The notes under the pieces are model-generated. The model had not been told where the DNA came from, did not search any database, and worked only from the letters and a program-made list of their open reading frames with translations. Made by a program: the position numbers and the translations under genes. Positions 16,807 through 26,788 of a DNA stretch of 30,252 nucleotides are shown one piece after another. Each line of letters opens with the position of its first letter. The stretch's first letter is position 1. Location: positions 1 to 30,252 of IMG/VR virus record IMGVR_UViG_3300037722_001729; one strand, 5' to 3'. This DNA comes from a virus (taxonomy: Duplodnaviria; Caudoviricetes).

Positions 16807-19800
16807 ATGCCGAGAGGACAAGCCGAACGGCGCGTGGGCGTCCGCCTCGCCGTCATCGACGGGAAGCGCGCCGAAGGAGAGATGCGGAACTTCGGCGAGA
16901 CCGGGGAGCGGTCGCTCAACCGGATCGCCTACGCCGCGCGCCCGGCCTCCCGCGAGCTGCAGGCGGTGAACGCCGTGGCCAGGGAGTTCCGCGGGCTGCT
17001 CGCCGGGATCGGCGTGGGCCTGCTGGCCCGCGAGACGATCCAGGCGGCCGACTCCTGGACGCGCTACCGTAACCAGCTCGCCGCCGCCGGGGTCGCCCAG
17101 AGCGACCTGAACGCCGTGATGGACGACGCCCGCGCGATCGCGCGGCGCTCGCGCTCGGACCTCGAAGGCACTGCGACGCTCTATGCGCGGCTCCTGAACT
17201 CGACGCGCGAGCTGGGGGTCTCGCAGCGCGAGGTCGGGCGCGCCACGGAGATCGTGAACAAGGCGCTCGTCGCCGGTGGCGCGGCCGCGTCGGAGCGCGC
17301 GTCGACGATCCTGCAGCTGTCACAGGCGATCGCCTCGGGCCGGCTGCAGGGCGAGGAGCTCCGGGCCCTGCGGGAAGCGGCGCCGCTCCTCCTCCGCGCG
17401 ATCGCCGCGGAATTCGGCGTCACGGTGGGCGAGCTGAAGCGCCTCGGCGAGGAGGGCCAGCTCACGACCGATCGCCTCGTCGAAGCCATCCTGAACGGCG
17501 GCGACGCGATCGAGGCGCAGTTCTCGCAGACGAAGGCCACGGTCGCGGACGCGCGGGCGGCGTTCGTCACCGAGTTCACGGCGATGGCCGGGCAGTTCAA
17601 CCAGAGCATCGGGATCACCGACGGCCTGGCGGCCGCCATCACCGGCGCCGCGGACAGCCTCAAGTACGCGGACGAGGTCGCCGTCGTGCTCGCCGCGACA
17701 ATCGCCGGCCAGCTCATCGGGCGGGCCCTGGTGCCGCTGGCGCGGGCGACGATCGCTGCGCGAAACGCCTTGCTCGGCATGGCGGCCGCGGACGCGCTGG
17801 TCTCCGCGCGGCTCGCCGGCACGATCATCGCCGTCCGCTCGCTCGCGAGCGCCGGAGCGGCGCTCAGCGCGGCGCTCGCCTTCTTCGGCGGGCCCTGGGT
17901 GGTCGGGATCACGCTGGCCGCGGCCGGCATCGCCGCGCTGGCCGTGGCGGCGCGGAACGCGCGTGACCCGGTGCAGGAGCTCATCGACGCCGGCGACGAC
18001 CTCACCCAGGCGCTCGAGGACACCGACGAGTACCTTCGGCGCGCCGCGGCCTCGTCCGAGGAGTTCGGCGACCGCGCGGCGGCCGCGCTCGAGCGCCTGC
18101 GCGATGCGCTCCCGGAGGAGGTCATCGAGTTCTTCGAGCGCCTCCGCACCCTGCAGGCGGAGGGCGGGGAAGCGCTGCAGACGCGCGCGGAGGCGATCCG
18201 TTCGGTGGTCGCCGAGCAGCGTGCGGAGGAGGAGCGCCTCGCCGAGCTGATCGCCGTCCGCGACCGGTTCAACGTCTCGCAGGTCGATCTGCAGAGATTC
18301 AGCGAGGTCCCGATCGTCAGCGGGGGCCCACTGGATCGCCGCGGCGAGCAGCTCAACCAGGAGATCGAGGAGGCGCGGCGCAACATCGAGGCCCACGAAC
18401 GGAGGGTGGAGGCCCTCCGCGGCGCCCCAGACGACGCGTTCCTCCGCCCGCGGGACCCGAGGGTCATCGCGGAGCTGACGAGCGAGCTGGAGAAGCTCCA
18501 GGAGGCCGCGCGGCCGACCGAGGAGAACATCCGGCTACTTCGCGAAGAGCTGGCGACGCTCGAGAGCGGCCGGCAGAACGAGGAAACCGGAATCCGTGCG
18601 GCGATCCTCCGTGTTCGGATCGAGGCGCTGGAGAAGCCGGCGCGCGACGCGCTGGCGGCCGACCAGCAGAAGACCGCGGACCTCATCGAGAACCTGACCG
18701 GCGAGCTGGGCCGCGTCGGCGACGAGCAGGCTCAGTTCATCGCGCGCGTGCTCGAGCGGCTCCCCGATTCCGCGACGCCCGAGCAGCGCCTAGACGTCGA
18801 GGACCTCGCGCGGGAGCTGTTCGCGGCCAACCAGCGCGAGGAGATCCAAACGCGGGAGGCCCGCCGCGTTCAGGAGACCGACGCGGCGATGCTGGAGCGC
18901 GTCGTCCTGCAGATCGACGAGCTCCTCGGGCGCGCTGAGTCGCCGCTCTCCGCGGACCGCCGCGACATCCTCGCGCTCGCCCAGGACCTCGGGCGCACCG
19001 TCGTCGCCCTTCAGGACATCCTGGCGACGGACATCAGCGAGGCGGAGCGCCGGCGTCGCGTCGAAGCGATGGCCAACGAGCTGCGCTTCGATCCGGTGCG
19101 TCAGAGCGAGTCGCGTCGCGAGCTGGCGGACCAGGCCGAGCGGTTTCTCGCCGGCGACCCCGACGCGCGCCTGCAGCTAGAGCGCACGCTGCGCGGCGTC
19201 GCGGACCTCAAGGCGTCCGCCGAGGCGTCAGCGGGTCGCCTCGACGCGATCATCAACGAGGAAGAGCTGCGCGTCCGGCGCGCAGTGCTGGAGGCCTCCA
19301 GCGACCCGATCGTCGGCGCGATCCGCGGTCTTGAGGAGCTGAGGGACACCGCCGGCGATGTCGCCGACGTCGTGGAGGGCGGCTTCATCTCCGCGTTCCA
19401 GAACGCCGACCAGGCCGTGGGCGACTTCGTGCGGCGCGGGAAGATCTCGATCCGCGAGCTGGTCATCTCGATCATCGCCGACCTGGCGCAGCTCTCCGCG
19501 CGCGCCTTCATCCTCGGTCCGCTCGCCGGCGGGCTCGGCAATGCGATCGGCGGCCGCTTCGGGGCGGCGATCGCCGGGGCCTACGGCAACGCGGGCGTTC
19601 CTGCGCCGGTGCAGCACGGCGGCGGCATGGCCGGCGTGGGGCCCGTCCGGCACATCCCCGCGTCTGCGTTCCTCGGCGCGCCGCGGCTCCACGGCGGCGG
19701 CTGGCTCGGCGTCGACGAGATTCCGACGATCCTCCGCCGCGGCGAGCGCGTCCTCAACCCGGCCGAGGCGCGCGCCTACGGGCAGCAGCCCCCGCCGGTC

Positions 19801-19908
19801 AACGTCCACTTCCACGGCGTCACCGACCTGCCGTCCTTCCGGGCGAGCCGGACGCAAATCACGTCCGACATCGCCCGAGCGGTCGCGTTCGGCGCCCGCG
19901 GCATGTGA
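16807..19908 (+). CDS. Tape measure protein (1033 aa)
   Basis: QLSQAIASGRLQGEELRALRE tape-measure domain, Ala-rich helical body, C-terminal HGGG..DEIPTILRRGERVL. Confidence 0.93.
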   Translation: MPRGQAERRVGVRLAVIDGKRAEGEMRNFGETGERSLNRIAYAARPASRELQAVNAVAREFRGLLAGIGVGLLARETIQAADSWTRYRNQLAAAGVAQSDLNAVMDDARAIARRSRSDLEGTATLYARLLNSTRELGVSQREVGRATEIVNKALVAGGAAASERASTILQLSQAIASGRLQGEELRALREAAPLLLRAIAAEFGVTVGELKRLGEEGQLTTDRLVEAILNGGDAIEAQFSQTKATVADARAAFVTEFTAMAGQFNQSIGITDGLAAAITGAADSLKYADEVAVVLAATIAGQLIGRALVPLARATIAARNALLGMAAADALVSARLAGTIIAVRSLASAGAALSAALAFFGGPWVVGITLAAAGIAALAVAARNARDPVQELIDAGDDLTQALEDTDEYLRRAAASSEEFGDRAAAALERLRDALPEEVIEFFERLRTLQAEGGEALQTRAEAIRSVVAEQRAEEERLAELIAVRDRFNVSQVDLQRFSEVPIVSGGPLDRRGEQLNQEIEEARRNIEAHERRVEALRGAPDDAFLRPRDPRVIAELTSELEKLQEAARPTEENIRLLREELATLESGRQNEETGIRAAILRVRIEALEKPARDALAADQQKTADLIENLTGELGRVGDEQAQFIARVLERLPDSATPEQRLDVEDLARELFAANQREEIQTREARRVQETDAAMLERVVLQIDELLGRAESPLSADRRDILALAQDLGRTVVALQDILATDISEAERRRRVEAMANELRFDPVRQSESRRELADQAERFLAGDPDARLQLERTLRGVADLKASAEASAGRLDAIINEEELRVRRAVLEASSDPIVGAIRGLEELRDTAGDVADVVEGGFISAFQNADQAVGDFVRRGKISIRELVISIIADLAQLSARAFILGPLAGGLGNAIGGRFGAAIAGAYGNAGVPAPVQHGGGMAGVGPVRHIPASAFLGAPRLHGGGWLGVDEIPTILRRGERVLNPAEARAYGQQPPPVNVHFHGVTDLPSFRASRTQITSDIARAVAFGARGM

Positions 19909-19922
19909 GGGAGGTCCTCTGA

Positions 19923-20555
19923 ATGGCGTTCATCGAGACTCCGAGGTTTCCCGACGACATCTCGCGCGGCATGCGCGGCGGCCCGATGGGCCGCACGCAG
20001 ATCGCTCAGCTCGCGAACAAGCGCGAGGAGCGCAACAGCCCTTGGGCCGGCTTCCGGCACGTCTTCGACGTCCGCTACGGCATCCGCCGGGCGGACGACC
20101 TCGCGGCCGTCAACCGGCTCTTCCTCGCCGCGCACGCCCGCCTGCACGGGTTCCGGCTGAAGGACTGGCGCGACTACAAGAGCTGCGCGCCCTCCGCGAC
20201 GCCATCGGCGACCGACCAGGACATCGGCGTCGGCGACGATCAGGAGACGGAATTTCAGCTGGTGAAGCTCTACGACTGGGGCGTCCAGGGCTTCACGCGC
20301 CCGATCGCCAAGCCGGTGGCCGGCACGGTCCTCGTCGCCGTCGATGGAACCCCGCTCGCCTCTGAAGACTACTCCGTGGACGCCACGACGGGGATCGTCA
20401 CGCTCGATGCGGCCGCCGGCGACGGGCTCGTCGTCACCGCGGGCTTCGAGTTCGACGTGCCGGTGCGGTTCGACACCGACCGCCTCGACACCGAGCTCGA
20501 CATCGAGCGCCTCGGCTCCATCACGTCCATCCCGCTGATCGAGATCGAGCCATGA
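19923..20555 (+). CDS. DUF2460 distal tail protein (RcGTA g12-like)
   Basis: RFPDDISRGMRGGP, EERNSPWA, GFRLKDWRDYKSC, TAGFEFDVPVRFDTD. Confidence 0.92.
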   Translation: MAFIETPRFPDDISRGMRGGPMGRTQIAQLANKREERNSPWAGFRHVFDVRYGIRRADDLAAVNRLFLAAHARLHGFRLKDWRDYKSCAPSATPSATDQDIGVGDDQETEFQLVKLYDWGVQGFTRPIAKPVAGTVLVAVDGTPLASEDYSVDATTGIVTLDAAAGDGLVVTAGFEFDVPVRFDTDRLDTELDIERLGSITSIPLIEIEP

Positions 20556-21457
20556 AGACGCTCCCCGCCGGCATGCAGGCAGACCTCGACTCCGGCGCGA
20601 CGACGCTGTGCTGGGCCTGGCGCATCACGCGCGGCGACGGCGAAGTGTTCGGATTCACCGACCACGACCGCGCGCTCAGCTTCGACGGGACCGACTTCGA
20701 GCCGGACTCCGGCTTCATCGCCTCGGAGATCAGGGCGACGTCGGACCTTGCGGTGGACGCCCAGGACGCCGAGGGAGCCCTCACGTCGGAGCGGATCACC
20801 GAGACCGACATCCTCGACGGGCGGTGGGACAACGCCCAGGTCGAGGTTTTCCGCGTCGACTGGACGAACCCCGCCAAGCGCATCCTCATGCGCCTGGGCT
20901 CGATCGGCCAGGTTCGCCGCGGCGTGACGGCGTTCGCCGCGGAGATCCGCAGCCTGACGCACCTGCTCAACACGCCGGTGGGCCGCACCTATCAGACCTA
21001 CTGCGACGTGGTCGAGCTCGGCGACGCGCGCTGCAAGGTCGACATCGACGACCCCGCCTTCTCCGCGGACGGCGAGATCGACGCCGTCGACACGGACAGG
21101 TCCTTCACGGCCGTCGCCGGGCTCGAGGGCTACGACGATGGCTGGTTCTCGCTCGGCACGATCGAGTGGTCGACTGGCGCGAACGCAGGGCGCCGCGCCG
21201 AGGTCGCCACGCACGTTCTCGCGAGCGGCGTCGTCACGATCGAGCTGGAGGAGAAGCCCGTCCGCCCCCTGAGCGCCGGCGACACGTTCCACGTCATCGC
21301 CGGATGCGACCGGCTCCGGCCGACCTGCCGGATCAAGTTCAACAACATCGAAAACTACCGCGGCTTTTCGCGCATCCCGCCGGCCGAGGTCATCGCCGTG
21401 TTCTCGAGCGCCGACGATCCGAACACCGGCGGCTCGCTGACCGGGGGCGGCACATGA
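20552..21457 (+). CDS. DUF2163 baseplate hub protein (RcGTA g13-like)
   Basis: TTLCWAWRITRGDG..FGFTDHDR; conserved Cys in YCD..LGDARC and AGCDR..TC..KFNN. Confidence 0.92.
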   Translation: MKTLPAGMQADLDSGATTLCWAWRITRGDGEVFGFTDHDRALSFDGTDFEPDSGFIASEIRATSDLAVDAQDAEGALTSERITETDILDGRWDNAQVEVFRVDWTNPAKRILMRLGSIGQVRRGVTAFAAEIRSLTHLLNTPVGRTYQTYCDVVELGDARCKVDIDDPAFSADGEIDAVDTDRSFTAVAGLEGYDDGWFSLGTIEWSTGANAGRRAEVATHVLASGVVTIELEEKPVRPLSAGDTFHVIAGCDRLRPTCRIKFNNIENYRGFSRIPPAEVIAVFSSADDPNTGGSLTGGGT

Positions 21458-21957
21458 GCGCCCCTGCGCACGCCAATCCCGAGGCGGTGGTCGCCGCGGC
21501 GTTGTCCTGGCTGGACACGCCCTACCATCACCAGGCGAGCAAGAAAGGCGTCGGGTGCGATTGCCTCGGCCTGGCGCGCGGCGTCTGGCGCGAGGTCGTC
21601 GGCCCCGAGCCGCTCGACCCCTGGGGCGGCCGCGTGCCCGCCTACACGCGCGACGTCGGCGAGAGCTCCGGCCGCGAGGTCCTTGCGGACGCCGCGCGCG
21701 CGATCGGGATGATCGAGCTGCCGGTGGAGAACGCGGTCGCGGCGAAGGTGCTCCCCGCCGGCGCGCTGGCGCTCTTCAGGATGACGCCGAGGGCGATCGC
21801 GAAGCACTGCGGCATCCTGATCGGAGGCGGGCTCATGGTGCACTCGCTTTCGAGGCACCGCGTGATGCGCGCCGCCTACGACGCGATCTGGGCTCGCCGT
21901 GTGGCCTACGCCTTCCTCTACCCGCGTCCACTTGAGGGCGAGGCGGAGGCCGGCTGA
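21454..21957 (+). CDS. NlpC/P60 tail-associated cell-wall peptidase (RcGTA g14-like)
   Basis: WLDTPYHHQASKKGVGCDCLGLARGVWR and AKHCGI motifs; ATGA coupling. Confidence 0.92.
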   Translation: MSAPAHANPEAVVAAALSWLDTPYHHQASKKGVGCDCLGLARGVWREVVGPEPLDPWGGRVPAYTRDVGESSGREVLADAARAIGMIELPVENAVAAKVLPAGALALFRMTPRAIAKHCGILIGGGLMVHSLSRHRVMRAAYDAIWARRVAYAFLYPRPLEGEAEAG

Positions 21958-24900
21958 TGGCGACCTTCGTCCTCACCGCCGCCGCGAAGTGGGTCGGCTC
22001 GACCCTGGCGCTCTCAGGCTGGCAGGCCTGGACGTTGAGAGCCGCCGCGGCTGTCGCCGGCACCTACCTGGACGCGCGACTTGTCAATGCGCTCACCCCC
22101 AACCAGCGCATCGACACCCCGGCCGGCGACTTCACGGTGACGTCGGCGACGGAGGGCGCGGTCATCCCGCGCGTCTACGGGGCGATGCCTGTCGGCGGCA
22201 ACCTGATTTGGGCGAGCGACTCCCGCTTCGAGGAGTCCACGAGCGAGCAGGGCGGGAAGGGCGGCGGCGGCGTCGAGGTCACCGAGCGGAGGTTCTTTCG
22301 CTCGTTCGCGGTGGGGCTCTCCGAAGGCCCGATCGCCGGCGTCGGCCGCATCTGGGCGGATGGAAAGCCGTTCGATCCGGCCGGCGCGACCGTGCGCCTC
22401 TACCTCGGCGCCGAAGACCAGATGCCCGACCCGTGGATCGAGTCCATCGAGGGCGAGGGCGACGTCGAGGCCTTCCGCGGCACGGCGTACCTGCTCTTCG
22501 AGGACCTCGACATCACGCCCTACGGCAACCGGATTCCGCAGTTCAAGATCGAGGTCTTCAACCCGGTCGAGAGCGACGACGGCGCGGGGCAGCTCCTCAA
22601 GGCGGTAAATCTCATCCCCTCGGCTGGCGAGTACGTCTACGCCACCGAGACCGTGCTCGTGGAGTCGGGCCTCAACACTGTGCCCGATCGCCCTGAGAAC
22701 GTGAACTCGACCGACGCGCGACCCGACATCCTGGTCTCGCTCGACCAGCTCGAGGCGGCCGCCCCGAACCTGGAATCGGTGTCGCTCGTCGTCTCGTGGT
22801 TCGGGGACGATCTGCGCTGCGGCTCCTGCACGATTCAGCCTGGCGTGGAGTTCGTCGACAAGCAGACGAACGTCGCCTGGAGCGTGAACGGCATCGGCCG
22901 CCTCGACGCCTACGTCATCACGCGGGTCGACGACGACCCCAACAACGGCCCCAACTACGGAGGCACGCCGAGCGATCGGTCGGTGGTGCAGGCCATCCGC
23001 GAGATCAAGGCGCGCGGGAAGAAGGTCACGTTCTACCCCTTCATCCTGATGGACGTGCCGCCGTGGAACACGCTGGCGAACCCCTACTCCGACAACGCGG
23101 CGACGAGCGGGCAGGCCGCCTTCCCCTGGCGCGGCCGGATCACCTGCAGCCCGGCCGCCGGCTTCGAGGGGACGGTCGACAAGACGGGCGACGCTGCGAC
23201 CCAGGTCGCCGCCTTCTTCGGCGCCGCCGACGCTGACGACTTCGACGTGACGCCTGGCGCGGCGCCGGCGACGCCGACCGTGGAGTGGACCGGCGGCTCG
23301 GACTGGGGCTTCCGGCGCTTCATCCTCCACTACGCGCATCTCTGCGCGGCCGCCGGCGGCGTCGACGCGTTCCTGATCGGCTCCGAGATGCGCGGGCTGA
23401 CGCAGATCCGCTCCGACGCCGACACCTACCCGACGGTGGCGGAGCTGATCGACCTCGCCGCGGAGGTCCGGTCGATCTTCGACGCCGCCGGCCAGACCGA
23501 CGTGGAGATCAGCTACGCGGCCGACTGGTCGGAGTACTTCGGCCATCAGCCCACGGACGGCTCCGACGACGTCTATTTTCACCTGGACGCGCTCTGGGCG
23601 GACGCGGAGATCGACTTCGTCGGGATCGATAACTACGTGCCGCTCTCGGACTGGCGCGAGGGGAGCTCCCATCTCGACGCCCAGGCCGGCTGGCGATCGA
23701 TCTACGACGTCGCCTACCTGCAATCGAACATCGAGGGCGGCGAGGGCTTCGACTGGTACTACGCGAGCCCTGAGGACCGCGACGCCCAGACCCGCTCGCC
23801 CATCACCGACTCCACCTACGGCAAGCCCTGGGTGTACCGCTACAAGGACATCCGCTCCTGGTGGTTGAACGAGCACTACGATCGGCCGGGCGGCGTAGAG
23901 AGCATGACGCCGACGGCGTGGGTCCCGGAGAGCAAGCCCATCCGCTTCACCGAGGCCGGCTGCCCCGCGGTCGACAAGGGCACGAACCAGCCGAACGTCT
24001 TCTACGACCCGAAGAGCTCCGAGAGCTTCCTGCCCTACTACAGCCGCGCCGGCGGCGTGCGCGATGACGCCATTCAGCGGCGCTACCTCGACGCGCTGCT
24101 CGGCTATTGGGCTGACGCCGGGAACAACCCGATCTCGTCGGTCTACTCGGGCCCGATGGTGCACGACGAGATCGCGATCTGGACGTGGGACGCTCGTCCG
24201 TACCCGGCGTTTCCCGGCCGCACCGACATCTGGGCGGACGCACCGAATTGGCGGCTCGGGCACTGGATCACCGGTCGCCTCGGCGGCTCGTCCCTCGGCG
24301 CTCTGGTGGAGGCGCTCTGCGTCCGCGCCGGCGTCGACCCCACGCTCGTCGACGTGACCCAGCTCTCTGGCGTCGTTCAGGGCTACGCCGTCACCGCGAT
24401 CGAGTCCGCGCGCGCCTCGATCGCGCCGCTCATGGTGGTGCAGGCGTTCGACCCGGCGGAGACCGCCGGCCAGATCCGGTTCACGCCGCGCGGCGGCGCG
24501 GCGGTGGCGACGATCGACCCCGGCGAGCTCGTCGTGCCCGGTGAGGCGGACAGCGAGGACTTCGACCTCACGCGCGCGCAGGAGACCGAGCTGCCGCGCG
24601 CGCTCAAGTGGCGGCTGATCCGATCCGACGAGGAGTACGGGGCGCTTACCGTGGAGGCTCGGCGCACGGTGGTCGACACCGCGCGCATCGCCTCCGAGCA
24701 GTATCCGATCGCGATGGCCGCGGGCGAGGCGGACGCGAAGGTGAAGCGCGCGCTGAAGGAGCGCTGGCTCGAGCGCGAGACCGGCAACCTCATCCTGCCC
24801 CCGTCCCGCCTGGCTCTCGACCCGACCGACCCGGTCTACTTCAACCACGACGGCCGGCTGCTCGAGTACCGGCTCGGCGTCATCACCGACGGCGAGGCGC

Positions 24901-25928
24901 GCCGTGCGGAGCTGACGCGCACCGACGCCGCGCTCTACACGCTCAAGCCTGGCGCCGAGCAGACGCCGACCCTGCCCGCGCCGGTGGTCTTTGGGCCGCC
25001 GACAGTCGCCTTCCTCGATGTGCCCCAGCTCGACGAGGGCGTGCCCGCCTACAGGCCCTACGTCGCGGTCCGGGCCTCGCCCTGGTATGGCCGCGCGGCC
25101 GTCTATCGATCGCCGGCGGAAGACGGATTCGCGCTTCTGACCACGGTGGCGCGCTCGGCGCAGATGGGCGCGCTGGCGTTCGACTTCTACGCCGGCCCGG
25201 TGGGTCGCTGGGACGACGGCAACGAGATCTGGGTCGACCTCCTGTCGGGCACGCTCTCCAGCGTGAGCGAGACCGAGCTGTTCGCCGGCGCGAACGTCGT
25301 GGCGGTGGAGGGCGAGGCGGGCGTGTGGGAGATCGTGCAGTTCGCTTCGGCCGAGCTGATGGACGTCGGCCGCTACAAGCTCACCCGCCTCCTGCGTGGT
25401 CAGCGCGGGACTGAAATCGACATGAGAAACCCGGCCCCCGCAGGCTCGCGCCTGGTGGTGCTGAACACCAACATCACGCCCCTGCCCACGACGATGGGGG
25501 ATCTCGGCGTCGCCTGGAACTGGCGCATCGGACCGGCGAGCGCACCGGTCGCCGGCTCGTCTTACCTTGGCTTCACGGCGACGCCCCGCGGGGTCGGGCT
25601 GCGGCCGCCGCGGCCCGCGCATCAGCGGCGAACCATCCTGCCGGACGGCGACCTCCGGCTGAGCTGGACCCGACGCTCTCGCTCGCTCGCCGCCGACAGC
25701 TGGGAGACCGTCGACGTCCCGCTCGACGAGCCCAGCGAGTCCTACGATCTCGAGATCATGGACGGGGGCAACGTCGTTCGGACCGTCTCCGGCCTCACGG
25801 AGCCGGAGTGGGTCTACACGTCGGCAGATCAGACCACGGACTTCGGCAGCCCGATTTGGACGGTGACCTGGCGGGTCTATCAGAACGGCGCGCTCGGACG
25901 CGGCGCCATGGCGGAGGCGGTGACGTGA
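21957..25928 (+). CDS. Baseplate multidomain 'megatron' (GTA TIM-barrel + phage tail domain; RcGTA g15-like)
   Basis: GRIWADGK, VVSWFGDDLRCG, YGGTPSD, GIDNYVPLSDWR, WTWDARPYPAFP, LTRLLRGQRGTE motifs. Confidence 0.95.
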   Translation: MATFVLTAAAKWVGSTLALSGWQAWTLRAAAAVAGTYLDARLVNALTPNQRIDTPAGDFTVTSATEGAVIPRVYGAMPVGGNLIWASDSRFEESTSEQGGKGGGGVEVTERRFFRSFAVGLSEGPIAGVGRIWADGKPFDPAGATVRLYLGAEDQMPDPWIESIEGEGDVEAFRGTAYLLFEDLDITPYGNRIPQFKIEVFNPVESDDGAGQLLKAVNLIPSAGEYVYATETVLVESGLNTVPDRPENVNSTDARPDILVSLDQLEAAAPNLESVSLVVSWFGDDLRCGSCTIQPGVEFVDKQTNVAWSVNGIGRLDAYVITRVDDDPNNGPNYGGTPSDRSVVQAIREIKARGKKVTFYPFILMDVPPWNTLANPYSDNAATSGQAAFPWRGRITCSPAAGFEGTVDKTGDAATQVAAFFGAADADDFDVTPGAAPATPTVEWTGGSDWGFRRFILHYAHLCAAAGGVDAFLIGSEMRGLTQIRSDADTYPTVAELIDLAAEVRSIFDAAGQTDVEISYAADWSEYFGHQPTDGSDDVYFHLDALWADAEIDFVGIDNYVPLSDWREGSSHLDAQAGWRSIYDVAYLQSNIEGGEGFDWYYASPEDRDAQTRSPITDSTYGKPWVYRYKDIRSWWLNEHYDRPGGVESMTPTAWVPESKPIRFTEAGCPAVDKGTNQPNVFYDPKSSESFLPYYSRAGGVRDDAIQRRYLDALLGYWADAGNNPISSVYSGPMVHDEIAIWTWDARPYPAFPGRTDIWADAPNWRLGHWITGRLGGSSLGALVEALCVRAGVDPTLVDVTQLSGVVQGYAVTAIESARASIAPLMVVQAFDPAETAGQIRFTPRGGAAVATIDPGELVVPGEADSEDFDLTRAQETELPRALKWRLIRSDEEYGALTVEARRTVVDTARIASEQYPIAMAAGEADAKVKRALKERWLERETGNLILPPSRLALDPTDPVYFNHDGRLLEYRLGVITDGEARRAELTRTDAALYTLKPGAEQTPTLPAPVVFGPPTVAFLDVPQLDEGVPAYRPYVAVRASPWYGRAAVYRSPAEDGFALLTTVARSAQMGALAFDFYAGPVGRWDDGNEIWVDLLSGTLSSVSETELFAGANVVAVEGEAGVWEIVQFASAELMDVGRYKLTRLLRGQRGTEIDMRNPAPAGSRLVVLNTNITPLPTTMGDLGVAWNWRIGPASAPVAGSSYLGFTATPRGVGLRPPRPAHQRRTILPDGDLRLSWTRRSRSLAADSWETVDVPLDEPSESYDLEIMDGGNVVRTVSGLTEPEWVYTSADQTTDFGSPIWTVTWRVYQNGALGRGAMAEAVT

Positions 25929-25944
25929 TCGCGCAGGTGCGGCC

Positions 25945-26418
25945 ATGAGCAAGAGGTCGAGAGCCGGTGACGCCGCGCGCGTCGAGCCTGCGCTCGACGA
26001 CATCGATCGCCTGCGCGCCTGGTGCTCCGACACCCTCCACGCGTTCGAGAGCGATCTCGCCGACGTCCTGGACGCCTGCCGGCTGGTGTCGATGGCTAGC
26101 GGCGTTCCGATCGAGGAGGTCGTCACGACGTCGGGCCAGCGGGGCTCGAAGGCCGCGAGCCTGGCTCGGCAGTCGGCGATGTACCTGGTCCGCGTTGCGC
26201 TCGATCGCTCGCAGAACCGCGTCGCGGCCACCTTTGACCGCGACCACACCAGCGTCCAGCACGCCTGCAGAGTCATCGAGGACCTCCGCGACGTCGATGG
26301 CTTCGATCAGCTCCTCGACGACCTCGAGGAGATGCTGCAGGCGCGCGCGCGGTGGCGCTCTCAGTTCGACGATGCGCTGGCGCGGGGCGGGCCCGAGGAG
26401 GACCTGGATGTCACGTGA
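25945..26418 (+). CDS. DnaA C-terminal (domain IV)-like HTH protein, GafY-like
   Basis: ASLARQSAMYLVRVAL..VAATFDRDHTSVQHACRVIEDLRD..FDQLLDDLE. Confidence 0.82.
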   Translation: MSKRSRAGDAARVEPALDDIDRLRAWCSDTLHAFESDLADVLDACRLVSMASGVPIEEVVTTSGQRGSKAASLARQSAMYLVRVALDRSQNRVAATFDRDHTSVQHACRVIEDLRDVDGFDQLLDDLEEMLQARARWRSQFDDALARGGPEEDLDVT

Positions 26419-26788
26419 AAGCGTCGCCCTGGAGTACGGCGCCCTGCGCCGGAGGCGCGTGGCCGACGACCAGCGCCGGGCCGTGATCGTCGCCTCGCTG
26501 GTCGCTTGGGTCGCGAAGAGCTCCGCGGGCGATATCCTGAGCGCGGAGCGAAGCGAGGAGAGCGTGTCCCGCGCCCGGCAGCTCGTCATGCACGTATGCC
26601 ACGAGGCCTTTGGGATTTCGTTCGATCGGATCGCCGACGCCATCGGCCGTGATCGATCGACGGTGAAGTACGGCGCGACGGCGGTGGTCGACCGCTGCAA
26701 CCGTGACGCTGAGCTGGCGCGGACCGTCGCGACGCTCGTGGAGATTGCGGACCACGTCGAGCGGCACCTGCTCGGGGGCTCCCGATGA
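26408..26788 (+). CDS. Second DnaA domain-IV-like HTH protein
   Basis: RSEESVSRARQLVMHVCHEAFGISFDRIADAIGRDRSTVKYG; GAGGAG RBS. Confidence 0.8.
   Translation: MSRESVALEYGALRRRRVADDQRRAVIVASLVAWVAKSSAGDILSAERSEESVSRARQLVMHVCHEAFGISFDRIADAIGRDRSTVKYGATAVVDRCNRDAELARTVATLVEIADHVERHLLGGSR

Noticed and set aside
4231-25928. Interpretation as a gene transfer agent cluster
   Set aside because: cos-type terminase, long tape measure, replication initiator and integrase indicate a phage, despite the GTA-like baseplate
22014-26276. 1420-aa minus-strand ORF and other long antisense or alternate-frame ORFs (e.g. 5432-6991, 6979-9003, 9896-11398, 17181-18686)
   Set aside because: Shadow ORFs of well-supported + strand genes, expected from high-GC codon bias; no recognisable motifs
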